A stretch of 64,000 nucleotides of DNA. Origin: Histomonas meleagridis 2922-C6/04-290x (taxonomy: Eukaryota > Protista > Parabasalia). Numbering within the stretch: position 1 is the first letter of the stretch; each line of letters opens with the position of its first letter. Of this stretch, positions 11,445 through 23,291 are shown one piece after another. Location of the stretch: the NCBI GenBank assembly GCA_020184695.1, contig JAANOX010000271.1:186001-250000 (forward strand), written 5' to 3'. The position numbers and the translations under genes were made by a program. The notes beneath the pieces were generated by a model, which saw only the letters and a list, made by a program, of their open reading frames with translations, ran no database searches and was not told the origin of the DNA.

Positions 11445-14400
11445 TTAGAAAATTTCGAATAATTTCTCTATACAATCACTTAGTTCGAAAGATTCATATA
11501 ATCCCTGTAATGTATCCAACTCTGTTTTCGGCACGTTAATAGCCGGCATTTTCATTTCCACCAAAGCTGCTATTTGCATCATGAACTTATAACCATTATC
11601 AATTGCATTCGAGACATCGATTAACTTTTCTTTTGTTGGGTCTACGATTGCATTTCTTATAGTGTTTCCTATTAACCTTTGAATTTTATCCAACAAAGCT
11701 ATTAAAGTATTTGGGGAACATCTTTCTAATATTTCATTTTTTACAGTATCATTAAATACTCTTAAATCAGTTGACGTCATTAAGTTATTCTTTAGCATCA
11801 TTTCGATTTGATTATTTAATTCGAAGTTATCTTTCGGTATTAATTTGTTTATAGCATCACAGAAATATGTTATTGATTTATAATCAGATGTTGGAATATT
11901 CATGAAATTCTTTAATAATAAAGAAATTGATTTTTCTTTGTTATCATAATTCATACATATGAAACATATAAACTTTGACGCTTCTGATTTCGGAAACAAT
12001 TTTTCGATTATTGATTTGTTTTTATTATAAAGGAATTCATAAATGACATTAATAAAAGAGTTATTTAACAGAACAAATGATTCTAATAAATCATAATAAG
12101 CGGATAAATAATGTGTACCATTTGTTTGCTTTGTTATTAAAATTAAAACTTGTTTCGGATTAAAGAATTCATTTTGATATTTCTTAAATAAATTTTTGGA
12201 TTTAGATGTGCCGAAAATATTTGTTTTGTTTTTATTCTTGTTTAAATAACTATTGTTAAAATCACTTAATATTTTTGCAATAAATAAATTTGGTTTCCGA
12301 CAAAATCGAAATGCGAAAATTGGTAAAATTTCATTTTCAAAATATGTTAACGCTTGTTGATTATTAATAATTAAATATGAAGTTAAATCATAAAAGTTTA
12401 TATTATTTGTACTTATGTTATGATTTAAAGATCTTTCACTCCATAATTGTTGTAATATTTTCTTGATATTATCCGGCTTTGTTTCGATTACATTAATAAT
12501 AAATGTTTTGATTTGTTGATAATATGGTTCGATTAATCCATTCTCAATTATCGTATTAAAGAAATTACTTTTTATGAATAATGAAATTGTATCATTTGGG
12601 AAATTTAATGATAAAAATCGTAATGAAGTTTGTAATGAAGGTTTACCTTTCTCATATATACTGATCACTTTAGTTAATGGGATAACATCGAAGAATTGTT
12701 CTTTATATACATCATAAAAGAAATCGATTAAATGATTTAATGGATATTTCTCAATGACTGGTAACATTAAATAGTTTTTAATTGATGATATGAAAATCGA
12801 ATTCTTTTCATTTAATTCATCTTTATAATTACCTGATAATGTTACCCATTTTAATGTATCGAAATAAGTTTTAGTTGTATAGTTTTCAACAGTATATTTT
12901 TTATCATTTTTAGTAATATATTCCGAAATTTTTACATTGATTTGATATAAATTTATTAAATTATTAAATAAAAGATGTAAATCTTCATTTGGTAAATTAT
13001 TGTTTTCTTGTTGAAGATTAACATTACGTGGAAACATTGGGAATAAATCATATAAATAACATTGGAATGATTCACGTTCTGTTTTTTCGATTGATAATAA
13101 AAAGCGTTGAATCCAATTAAATGAATTCTTGATGAAAACTTTTGTATATTTCGTAGGATTCATATCAGATAATGTATTAAAGAACATCGAATATTTCTTT
13201 TCTTTAAAAGAGTTCATAACATCCAAAAATTCATTTATTAAATTCGAGTCTTCTTTTAATAAACAAATGATAAAGAATTTAGATAACGTTGGTATAGAGA
13301 TATCAATGAAATTATTTTTGATATAATTAATAAAATCTTTTGTCGAGTCTTTGTTTAATAATTTCGATATTAATAAACTTAATGAATCAAAATATGTATT
13401 AACATTTATTAATTGGATTAATGATTTGTCTTTAAAGATAAATGAATTATATGTCTCTAATGCTGATTCATTAAATTTAATGGAGTTTAAGATATTAAAC
13501 ATTGGCTTTAAGTCGATTTTTTGATATATGTTTTCGTTTTTATGTGATTCTGAATATTCCGTTAATTGATTTGTAATGAAATTCATGAATATCGAAACAA
13601 AACTTTCAATGTTTTGTATCTTAGGTATTATTTTCTCAAAGATATCAAATATGTCAGGAATCGAATGGAAGTTCTCTAATAAAATATTCGAATTTATTAA
13701 TAAAAAGTCGGAGATAAATTGATAAAATTTATCAATAGTTTTTCCATCCGCATTTTCAAATGCTTTAAAGATTAATGATTTATATATTTCTTTACTTTTA
13801 ACATTTTTATTAAATATTATAAATTCAAGGAAATCATTTTCTTTTGATAAGATAAAAGATGAAAATTTATTATTATCTAAAAATTGTAAACATTTTTCTA
13901 ATGCTTTATTAGCTACGTCGAAATTTGTAGTTCTAATTTGATTAATTAAATGTGAATAAATAAATTCCGATGAAGAACCATCTTCATTTGAATTCATTAA
14001 TGCTAAATCTAAGAATTCTGGTTGTGATGAAATTTGTTTTAATATTGCTTCTTTAATTTCATTAATTAATCGATCTAAAATTTTAGGGTTAATATCAATT
14101 TCATTATTTTCTTCATCATTTGTATTTCGTAATTTATAAAATAATAAATAAGCATTACAACTATTTTCGATTTTTCGTTTTTCTGATTTACCAGAATAAT
14201 CTTCAATCATATTAACATATTTCATTCCACCAGCTGCTTCTTTCGGTAATTTCTTTCCATTAATTCTTTTAACATTTGTATCATTACAACAAAACCATTG
14301 ATTTAAATTATCATTTCTTACATCACTAAAGTAATGTCCGCCTTGTGCTGTACCTGTATGTTGTACAACTCCATATAAATCATAAATTGTATCATTTTGT

Positions 14401-17400
14401 GTATTATCCATTAAATTATTTAACTTAAATTCCATTGGGAATATGAAATAATCATTGATTTTCTCACGTACATTTGTTGATAAATTAAATTCAAAACGTT
14501 TTAAATGTATTATTAATATTTTTGGTGCTTTCTCGATCTTATGATATCTTAAAGCTTCGATTTTTTTGTTCTTTTTGTTCTCAATGATATAATCGAAATG
14601 ATCGGGCTCTAAAAAGAACTTTAATGAATCTTCTAAACAATTATGGTTCTTAACTTCGACTGGAAAGATATTAAATGTTTCTTTTGTGATAGTTTCGAAT
14701 TGTTCATTCACTCCAACTATTGTATGTTTAATTATACCTGTAAATAAATCTTTAATAAATTCAAATTTAGTTTCTAATCGATCTAATAATAATTGTAAAA
14801 ACTCAACTGAGTCTTGTTGTACATGAGGATTAATGATTTCCCCATCATATCCATGCCATTTAGTAGTAAAATTGGAGATGTCAATATATTTTGATGGGAA
14901 AAGTAGCAGTTTTGCAATAATGTATTGAAATTCGTAAAACCAATCTTTCTCCTCAAAATTTGAATGCAAAATGCGGTTTTTGAACTCATCGATATTAAAT
15001 AATTGTTGAATTGTAGAATTAATATAACAAGTAGAACCTAAATTTCTAATACCTCTAAGATGTTTAGGTAATGACAATTCAATATTATCTTTTTCAATAT
15101 GGAATTTTTGTATTGTTGCTAATTTCGGATTTAAAATTTTTGATAATTTAGGTTTAATGTTTATTAATTTTATTAATAAATTAAACAAATCTTTAGTTGG
15201 TTGATAATATTTATAAGAGTTAAATAATATATCGTTAATTAAGAATTCGAATAATTTCTTAATTTTTGGTATTTTACCATTCATTTTATCTATTAATAAA
15301 TTTAATATGTTAATTAATCCATGTAAATATATTAACGACGGAGTTTTAAATGTTAATATTTTTATTATATTATCATCTTTAGGCATTAAATAATATTTAT
15401 ATAAAGATTTAACTGATATATCCCAAATTGTTTGTGAATTCTTTGTTTTCTTAATGATCTTTATGAAAACTTTAAAGAATTGTTCAGATTTTGAACTTTT
15501 AGCTAAAGGTATTAAAGATATTAAAAGTTTTTCTTGTTTCTTAGTTAAAATATCACAAATTTTTGTTCTAATTTCTAATGAGTTATGGAATATTGTTGCT
15601 TTAATTAAATCATTAAATTCTTCTTTATATTCAATGATTTTATCTTTGAAATTAAATGAAAATGTGATTAATTCATTACAAAGATTTATGTTCTTTTGTT
15701 TATTATCATCATCGATTTCTTCATTATTAGAATCATTCGCAACTTGTTGAATCCATTGTAATAAAGTTGGAATTAATTCATCGAATTGATCAAAAGTTTC
15801 TTTTTTAATTTCTTTCGATGGAATTTTCGATAATAAAAATTGTTCCATTTTAATCAACAAAATAATTTTATCAATATCAAATATTGATTGTGATACATTA
15901 ATTAAAATGTTTAAAAATATTATTAATCCATTCGTATTATAAAAAGTTTTAATGAAATCATTTTGATTCTTTAAGAATAAATTACATATGAAATTCATTC
16001 GATATAAAAATAAAAATGGTGAATCAATACACATGAATTCATCCCATTCATATTCATTTAATTTATCATATTGACTTTTTAATGTTGGCATTTGATTTAA
16101 TATATCTAATACGAATTCACTTAACTCATTATTTTCAATCATTATATCATATAATTGTTCTTGATAATTATTAAATAATATTTCAGTTGGAATAATTTTT
16201 GTTAAATTATTATCTTTAGGTTTAGTATCAATAATATTTACTCGTATATTCATATCAGGCGATAAATTAAAGTTATCTTGATAAATTATATCATCACCAA
16301 CATAAAATTCTAATGAATATTCATTGATATTCATTAATTCAGAAACTTGTCGTATAAATCCATGGAAACTAATATCATTAATAACTTTTAATTCCATTTC
16401 AAATGAACCATATAAATGTATTAAATAATATTCATTTTCAAAATAAAACTTATTTTTAGGTTTTGGATTTAATGAACCATCTTCAACATAATGTATTAAT
16501 TGATTAATTGCTAATAATAAATTTCGATTATTAAAATCTTCTGAACATTCTTTAATGAAATCATTAATTTGATTCGAATTAATATATAATCGAATCATAT
16601 AATTAATTACATCTAATGAATCATTTGTATTCTTTAATAATTTCCATAATGATTTGATTCCATAATTTGTTTTGTTTTTGAAGTTAATTTGATAATAAAG
16701 TTCTTGTATTAATGAAAAGATTCCTTCATTATAATTTAATGAACATAAATCATCAAATATTTGTAATGTCATTTCATTACTTAATAAATTATTTGGAGTT
16801 GATTTCTGATCAAATAATTCTCGATAAAATTGACAAACTTCATTAATTTTATGATTCGTTATCATCTTCTTCATAAGTATTTGGATTTTATCAAAGTCTT
16901 CTTTTGATAATTCGTTTTTAAAACTTCGTAAAATTTTTATTAATACATTTAAAATATCATTATCATTATCAGTATTAATGTTTTCTATGTTTTTAATAAT
17001 TAAATTAAAGAATTTGTTTGCTTTCTTTTGTTTGAGCTTAACAAATGAATTGTTTAATAAATTAATCGATAAGTCAATGTTCTCATTGTTTTGGATGTTC
17101 TTTAAACATTTCTTTTGTAAGTTTTTACAAAAGTTTTTGTCGCTTTTCTCAATATACATATCTAATGTAGAGATTAATGATTGTGATCTTCTTTCCGATT
17201 TTTCTAAATATAAGTTATATAACTTATTAAAGATTTGTGGCTTAATATTTGATGGACATTTAAATGAAATTTTCCTTAAAAATGGTAAAATCGAATCTGG
17301 AATTTGATCTCCTTCAATGATGATTAAGAAAAATGGATTTAAACTTGGCATATTAGTAATGATTTTATATAGCCCATTAATATATTTATCATTAGAGCCT

Positions 17401-18389
17401 TGTTGTAATGCCATCTCCCATATCTTTTTCAATTGCTCAGAATCATATGAAAATTGAATGAGATCGCTGTAAACCTCACAAAAGTCGGTGATGAGTTCAG
17501 AGTGAATTCCTTTTTGAAGAAAATAATCCACAAATTTATATTGGATTAAAAATCTAGAAACTACATCTCGCGATTTTTTAAGAGATTTTTTAATTAGGCC
17601 TAATGCTGAGAATTGTTTTGATAAGTTATCAACATTAATTAAGTCCATTAAAAATTTAATATACTTTGAATAGATTTCTCGTTGAATGGTTTCAGATCGA
17701 TCAAGAGTTAATAATGAATTTATTGCTGAATCGATTTCTTTTTCATTTATTTCCCTTAATTTTTGGGTTTGGATGAACTCAAAAACTTTATTTAAGATCA
17801 TGCGTATTAAGGATTGCATTTTTAATGGCTCAAAAAATGCTGAACATGAGCTAAATATTGATGTGATTTGTCTGATCTTTGGAAATGGAATAGTTTGCAT
17901 TGTGTTTATAATTAAGATGGTATTATCAAGAACATTTGAATTAACAAAGGTCATTAAAATTTCTTCATATGCTGAAGTTGTTGGACTAAGCTGAAGCATA
18001 CTATGAGTAACAATACAATAAAACGGAGATCGAGGATTTTTGATAATTTGTGAAGCTGCTTCTATAAAATTACTATACTCTGAAAGTATAAGTACTGAAA
18101 GGAGAGAAACATATTGCTTTAGAATTGCAAGATATTGTGAACGTGATGTTGATGATAAATGATCTTGTGAAAGAATTGCTTCAATTATTAAAGGAGAATA
18201 AGAATCTACAAAGTCAGGCCCGCGCTCTGTAAGTGGAGGTGAAAGAGTTTGATTATTTGTAAAATCCTTAATTAATTTAAGCAATTGTTCATAATATGAA
18301 GGATTAAGAGTATGATTATGAATTGACATGAGGGTTTCTGTTTTCCATTCATCATATGTAATTGTTATGTGCTTAGTTTTTGGTTTCAT
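11445..18389 (-). CDS. Ubiquitin carboxyl-terminal hydrolase (USP/C19; USP9X/24/34-like), 2314 aa
   Basis: Cys box GIRNLGSTCYINSTIQQL, QQDSVEF, His box GVVQHTGTAQGGHYFS, WFCCND. Confidence 0.95.
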   Translation of the reverse strand: MKPKTKHITITYDEWKTETLMSIHNHTLNPSYYEQLLKLIKDFTNNQTLSPPLTERGPDFVDSYSPLIIEAILSQDHLSSTSRSQYLAILKQYVSLLSVLILSEYSNFIEAASQIIKNPRSPFYCIVTHSMLQLSPTTSAYEEILMTFVNSNVLDNTILIINTMQTIPFPKIRQITSIFSSCSAFFEPLKMQSLIRMILNKVFEFIQTQKLREINEKEIDSAINSLLTLDRSETIQREIYSKYIKFLMDLINVDNLSKQFSALGLIKKSLKKSRDVVSRFLIQYKFVDYFLQKGIHSELITDFCEVYSDLIQFSYDSEQLKKIWEMALQQGSNDKYINGLYKIITNMPSLNPFFLIIIEGDQIPDSILPFLRKISFKCPSNIKPQIFNKLYNLYLEKSERRSQSLISTLDMYIEKSDKNFCKNLQKKCLKNIQNNENIDLSINLLNNSFVKLKQKKANKFFNLIIKNIENINTDNDNDILNVLIKILRSFKNELSKEDFDKIQILMKKMITNHKINEVCQFYRELFDQKSTPNNLLSNEMTLQIFDDLCSLNYNEGIFSLIQELYYQINFKNKTNYGIKSLWKLLKNTNDSLDVINYMIRLYINSNQINDFIKECSEDFNNRNLLLAINQLIHYVEDGSLNPKPKNKFYFENEYYLIHLYGSFEMELKVINDISFHGFIRQVSELMNINEYSLEFYVGDDIIYQDNFNLSPDMNIRVNIIDTKPKDNNLTKIIPTEILFNNYQEQLYDIMIENNELSEFVLDILNQMPTLKSQYDKLNEYEWDEFMCIDSPFLFLYRMNFICNLFLKNQNDFIKTFYNTNGLIIFLNILINVSQSIFDIDKIILLIKMEQFLLSKIPSKEIKKETFDQFDELIPTLLQWIQQVANDSNNEEIDDDNKQKNINLCNELITFSFNFKDKIIEYKEEFNDLIKATIFHNSLEIRTKICDILTKKQEKLLISLIPLAKSSKSEQFFKVFIKIIKKTKNSQTIWDISVKSLYKYYLMPKDDNIIKILTFKTPSLIYLHGLINILNLLIDKMNGKIPKIKKLFEFLINDILFNSYKYYQPTKDLFNLLIKLINIKPKLSKILNPKLATIQKFHIEKDNIELSLPKHLRGIRNLGSTCYINSTIQQLFNIDEFKNRILHSNFEEKDWFYEFQYIIAKLLLFPSKYIDISNFTTKWHGYDGEIINPHVQQDSVEFLQLLLDRLETKFEFIKDLFTGIIKHTIVGVNEQFETITKETFNIFPVEVKNHNCLEDSLKFFLEPDHFDYIIENKKNKKIEALRYHKIEKAPKILIIHLKRFEFNLSTNVREKINDYFIFPMEFKLNNLMDNTQNDTIYDLYGVVQHTGTAQGGHYFSDVRNDNLNQWFCCNDTNVKRINGKKLPKEAAGGMKYVNMIEDYSGKSEKRKIENSCNAYLLFYKLRNTNDEENNEIDINPKILDRLINEIKEAILKQISSQPEFLDLALMNSNEDGSSSEFIYSHLINQIRTTNFDVANKALEKCLQFLDNNKFSSFILSKENDFLEFIIFNKNVKSKEIYKSLIFKAFENADGKTIDKFYQFISDFLLINSNILLENFHSIPDIFDIFEKIIPKIQNIESFVSIFMNFITNQLTEYSESHKNENIYQKIDLKPMFNILNSIKFNESALETYNSFIFKDKSLIQLINVNTYFDSLSLLISKLLNKDSTKDFINYIKNNFIDISIPTLSKFFIICLLKEDSNLINEFLDVMNSFKEKKYSMFFNTLSDMNPTKYTKVFIKNSFNWIQRFLLSIEKTERESFQCYLYDLFPMFPRNVNLQQENNNLPNEDLHLLFNNLINLYQINVKISEYITKNDKKYTVENYTTKTYFDTLKWVTLSGNYKDELNEKNSIFISSIKNYLMLPVIEKYPLNHLIDFFYDVYKEQFFDVIPLTKVISIYEKGKPSLQTSLRFLSLNFPNDTISLFIKSNFFNTIIENGLIEPYYQQIKTFIINVIETKPDNIKKILQQLWSERSLNHNISTNNINFYDLTSYLIINNQQALTYFENEILPIFAFRFCRKPNLFIAKILSDFNNSYLNKNKNKTNIFGTSKSKNLFKKYQNEFFNPKQVLILITKQTNGTHYLSAYYDLLESFVLLNNSFINVIYEFLYNKNKSIIEKLFPKSEASKFICFICMNYDNKEKSISLLLKNFMNIPTSDYKSITYFCDAINKLIPKDNFELNNQIEMMLKNNLMTSTDLRVFNDTVKNEILERCSPNTLIALLDKIQRLIGNTIRNAIVDPTKEKLIDVSNAIDNGYKFMMQIAALVEMKMPAINVPKTELDTLQGLYESFELSDCIEKLFEIF

Positions 18390-18796
18390 TTATAAATTCT
18401 CAAAAAATTAACTTCTCAAAAATTTTGGTACTTAATACCCTCACATTGCCGATCAAAAGAAATTCAATATTGTGTTATATGGCCAAATAATATAAGAAAA
18501 TATTTTCAATTAATTACGATCATGATAAGCCGGTACAAGATAAAACAGCTAATATTCAAATCGAAAATTTTCATGAAAATGCAGTAACTATTTTATGTGA
18601 AATATAGGAAAAAGTTAATATTAAATGATGTAACTCAACAATCGATAGCAGAATAATTTTGAAAAATAAATTAACAAATCCATATGAATATAAATTTAAA
18701 ATTTAATTCATTCATATTTTAGAAAATTTTCATGCTTCATTCATGAAGAATTTACTCTTTGATTATCATTTTTTCCCTCTGCTATGATAAAATATA

Positions 18797-21395
18797 TCAC
18801 TCTTCATTAACTTCGTGGTGTTTTGGATTGAGCTTGCAAGGATGTAGGAAATATCCAGCTCCACAATCACAAAAGCCTTGTTGTCTGGTGGATTTTACCC
18901 TCACGTCATGCCCTTTATGGCATACCTTTGCACATTCCTCACAAAAACATAAATTATTTCTTGAATTTTTCATACACGTTTTGCATGTGTATAACCTGTT
19001 ATGTTGTACAAATTTGTAACCTGCTTGTTCAAATGTGCAATGTCCTGGTATGAAATTATCTCTTTGATTATTTTCATCTCGGATTTTAGGTAATGTGTTA
19101 ATTTCATCCTTTGAGTCAAGTTCATTAGTGAATTTTTTACCATTGTTGTCTACAATATTAATAATTCCTTTTTGTTCAAGAAGTAATTTAACTATTACAA
19201 TATGACCAAATTCATATGCAAGCATGAGTGCTGTTTTAAATAAAATTAACAATTTCCAAATATTATTTTGATATTTTAAATCAATAAAATATGTAGCAAG
19301 CATTTTAAATCAACAGTTTTTGCATTAACATCAATTCCTTTTTGTACAAGAAGTAGTTTAACAATATCTATAGAACCATTTAATGATGCTAAAATAAGTG
19401 CTGCATTAAACATTATATATAATTTCTAAATATTTGAATGAAATTTCAAATTATTAATATATATATATATATATATATATATTGGTTCAAACTATAAATT
19501 CCTTTTTGTTTAATATATATTTTAACGATTTCTGTTTGACCATTTATTATAGCTAAAATAAAAATTGATTTAAACAATATAAATAAACATTAAATATTAT
19601 TATAGAACAAAAAATTACTTAATTAAACATCACCAATATCAATTCTAATAATTCCTTCATATTCAAGAAATAGTTGAACTATATCTAAGTGACTTTTTGA
19701 TGCAGCATGCATTTAAGCAGTTTTATATCACATAAACAAATTCAAAAAAAAAATATTATAAATTTTAAATCAATAAATTAAATATTATCTTTAACATTAA
19801 TATTAATTGTATGTTGTTCAAGAAACAATTTAACTATTTCTAAATGATCTTTTGATATTGCATACATAAAAAGTAGTTTTATATCGTACAAATAAAGAAG
19901 TGGTGATTCATTTGAAACCATTGTTCTACCATTAGGTGTTTGAACAATCCTTCCACTAAATCAATTAAATAAATTCCTAATATTATTTTGGAATATTTCC
20001 ACAATTAATATCTATTCCTTCTTGTTCAAGAAGTAATTTAACTATTTCTATATAACCTTTTAATTGCAAGTGTGAGTGCAGTTTCAAATAATTTAATTTT
20101 GAAATATGAAATTATTTATGCAAATCATAAACATATTGAAAAAAAATTATAGGAATTAATGTTAATATCTGATTGTTTAAGAAATGATTTAACAATTTCT
20201 GTATAGCCTTTATTAGCTGCAATTATGAGTGCTGTTTTATTAAATAATTTATATAAATTTTCTATGATAAAATCAAATTCCAAAATATCGAATTAAATAC
20301 CTTGAAAGTTAATATTAATTTTTTTCCTCTAAAGTAATTTAAGCATTTTAGTATGATACATATCCAATTCATTTACAAGTGTTGCCTGAAATTCTTAAAA
20401 TAAATTTCAAATTTTTGATTAAAACTTGAAATATTTAAAACAAATTTTAAGCAATGCAAATAAATCAAATCATTGATATTATTAATTCCTTCTTGCTCGA
20501 TAAGTATATTAATTATTTCATTATTACTATTTTCTAATGATTTCATGATTGTAGCTTTAAACAAAGCATATGAATTTCTTGGATATTATATCCATATAAT
20601 TCCTTTTTATTAAGAATATATTTAACAAGTTCGACGTTTCCTGTTTCAGAAGCATATAATAAAACATCAGTTGGTATTTGCTTATTTGCAAGAAAGTGAT
20701 TTACAAGACATAAATTACCATCACTTTTTTAATCATATTCTCATTGATTTCCATTCCCTCGTTGATTAAAAATGAAAGGATTTCATAATTTCCACTTGTA
20801 ATGCACGATAAACTTAATGTAATACGTTTTCGTGCTTTGGAAGAACTTAAACTGGTATCTTTCCACTGTGATGCGCAAGGAGAGTTTGTCCATTGTGATG
20901 TAGATGGATCTCCCCACCCCGAATTTTGATTATTATTATTTGCTGATGAACTTCCCCATTGTGTTTTTTTGAATATACCTCCCATCCATTAATGTTTTGA
21001 GGGAACTTAGGATAACCTAATTGTTGATTAGGTAGGTCCCCCCAGGACATGTTGGATTGAGCACATTTCAAATATCGATATTCTAAATTATTTTCATAAG
21101 CATAATAAAAGATATCATTTTGATGGAACAATATTGCTGTTTCATATGCATCTTCAAATGATTAATTATTTTATTCGCATAAATGAATAATCTCAATATT
21201 TCCACCTGCAATTGCATATTTACCTGTGTTTATTATATTTGCATTATTCATAAGTAAATATTTAAAACAATTAATTGATCCAAAAAATGCTGTATAATCA
21301 ATTAATGAAACATTTCCTTGATTTATAAATGAGCATCTTTCATAAAGCGATGGCTCAATTTTTTTATTAAAATCAAAATTATTTTGTGATGTCAT
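18797..21395 (-). pseudogene. ANK locus B: 5'-truncated DUF3447-like domain, ANK modules with 17-nt-spacer linkers, UBR-type zinc finger; decayed
   Basis: SLIDYTAFFGSINCFKYL at the 5' end. In-frame stops and indels inside modules (e.g. TAA 21173-21171, TAG in module 20385-20299). Final ORF ends in CKTC..CEEC..CH.GH..FCDCG. Confidence 0.8.
19235..20465 (-). other. 17-nt spacer / single-codon linkers of locus B
   Basis: 19314-19235 parses as four 17-mers plus GCT, AAA, GGA, AAA (KT-AKGK-TAL). 20465-20386 is 80 nt and 20298-20236 is 63 nt; the others are degenerate. Confidence 0.75.
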
Positions 21396-22069
21396 TTCTT
21401 TTTAGCTTAATTGAATGGTTTATATATGACGTAAACTATTGAAAAGATATCGATATTTTGACATAATGGATTTTTTGGTTAATTTTAGTTGTCAAAATAT
21501 TGTGTTGAAAAAATATGAGTATAGCGACGGTTATTTCTTTTGAGTGCCCGATTATGTAAATTATACAAAAAGTGGTGTGAGTAAAAGTGAGACCATTTCG
21601 TACCAACATTCCAAAAAAAAATAAACCTATTAAATGACAAAATATTTACATTCTGGCTTTTGTTTATTGTGTTAATCTAAGCACATGAATTTTCTTGTTT
21701 AATTTTCTTGATCTAAACATTTATATTTTTTCTATAATTATCATGTATAATAATTTCCTTAACTTTTGTAAGTATTTCTATTTGAAAATAATTATCTATG
21801 AGATGAAGCACAAATGACCATTGATACGAAAATTTTATCATTAATTTTAAAAAGAAAAATTTTAATTGTGTTGAAATATTTGATGTGAAAATTTTTCATA
21901 TCTTTAATTTTTCAAAGTTTAAAATCATGGCAAATTATTGTCAAATTATTTTGTGATTTGATCGGTTATACAATTCAAATTCGTTTTAAATATAACGGTT
22001 TTGATTTCGAAAACAGGATGTTATCGGTTTGTTAAAAAATGACATTTCGTTCAAATTCTTCCAGGAAGC

Positions 22070-23044
22070 ATGTTACCTCCAATCAAATTTGGACCAAAAA
22101 CAAAAAAATACCTAAGCATACATGACAAAAAGATCAAAAGAATTGATTACTTTTCAAATGATGATCAACAAGATCTTTTGGATCAGGATCAAGAGCAAGA
22201 TCAATCTTACGCAAAGGTTTTTTATGCTTTGTATGATGAACAATGCTTAGCTGCCATAAAGTTTGTTATAAATCAACACCCAAACAATATTTTTTTCCAA
22301 AACGAAATCAATGCTATGCAACTTTGCATGGACTGTTCTCACATTATTCATGCGCTTGATATAATTGTATCCGAAGATGGCACGTATTTTGGTATTGTAA
22401 CTGACCTGAAAGATCAAGACATCTTCCAGTGTGTCTCATATGGGCAAGAATTTGAAGAAGGAAAAGCATGCCTAATCATGTATCAGGTTTTAAATGCTAT
22501 TAAGTTTATCCATCAAAAATTTTTAGTCCATCGGAACGTCAATCCTTCTAATGTTCTCATATCAAACGCTAATAATTATCCGCAAATTTGTTTGACAGGG
22601 CTTTCTCTTATGGAAGATGGGACAGCTGCTATCAGTTGGAAATGTGGCGTTCCTTGTTTTTGGGCTCCTGAAATTGTCAAAGGAGATAATTACTCATATC
22701 CAGTTGATATTTGGGCTGCTGGTATTCTCATGATATATATTTTAACAAGAGCTATCCCCTTTAACCAAGAAAATGAAAATTTAAGAGATATAATGATACT
22801 AAAAGGGATAAGTTCTGAATTTCTAAACCAATATAATCTATCAGATGAAGCAAAGGATTTAATAATGAAAATGACGGAAATGGACTCCATTAAAAGAATA
22901 ACAGCTGCTGAAGCTCTTGATCATCCTTGGTTCAAAAACTTTTTCTCTGAACAAACAATCTACATTAAAAAGCTTTGCGAACCATTCAAGGATGCTCAAC
23001 AAGCTGCAAAACATTATGAAGGGGAAAATGATTCAAATGAGTAA
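22070..23044 (+). CDS. CAMK-like protein kinase, probably catalytically impaired (pseudokinase)
   Basis: AAIK, HRNVNPSN (in place of HRDxKxxN), TGL in place of DFG, APE, DIWAAG, RITAAEALDHPWF. Confidence 0.85.
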   Translation: MLPPIKFGPKTKKYLSIHDKKIKRIDYFSNDDQQDLLDQDQEQDQSYAKVFYALYDEQCLAAIKFVINQHPNNIFFQNEINAMQLCMDCSHIIHALDIIVSEDGTYFGIVTDLKDQDIFQCVSYGQEFEEGKACLIMYQVLNAIKFIHQKFLVHRNVNPSNVLISNANNYPQICLTGLSLMEDGTAAISWKCGVPCFWAPEIVKGDNYSYPVDIWAAGILMIYILTRAIPFNQENENLRDIMILKGISSEFLNQYNLSDEAKDLIMKMTEMDSIKRITAAEALDHPWFKNFFSEQTIYIKKLCEPFKDAQQAAKHYEGENDSNE

Positions 23045-23291
23045 AACTTGCCATAAACGGTTAATAACTGTTTCTATTGAATTAAAATTGGAAACTGTCA
23101 AAGCCAAACTAAACATTTAGTTTGTAAATAATGTTATTTAATGTTTTTAGTATTGATAAACCAGTGGATTTCTCATTTTATACTTTCCCTAGCCTCTTAG
23201 CGACTTCTTAACATCAACAAATATTTTTGTAAGAGCGATTTTTATTATCAGAAATAATATTAAAAAAACGTTCAAGAAACAAAAAAAAAAA

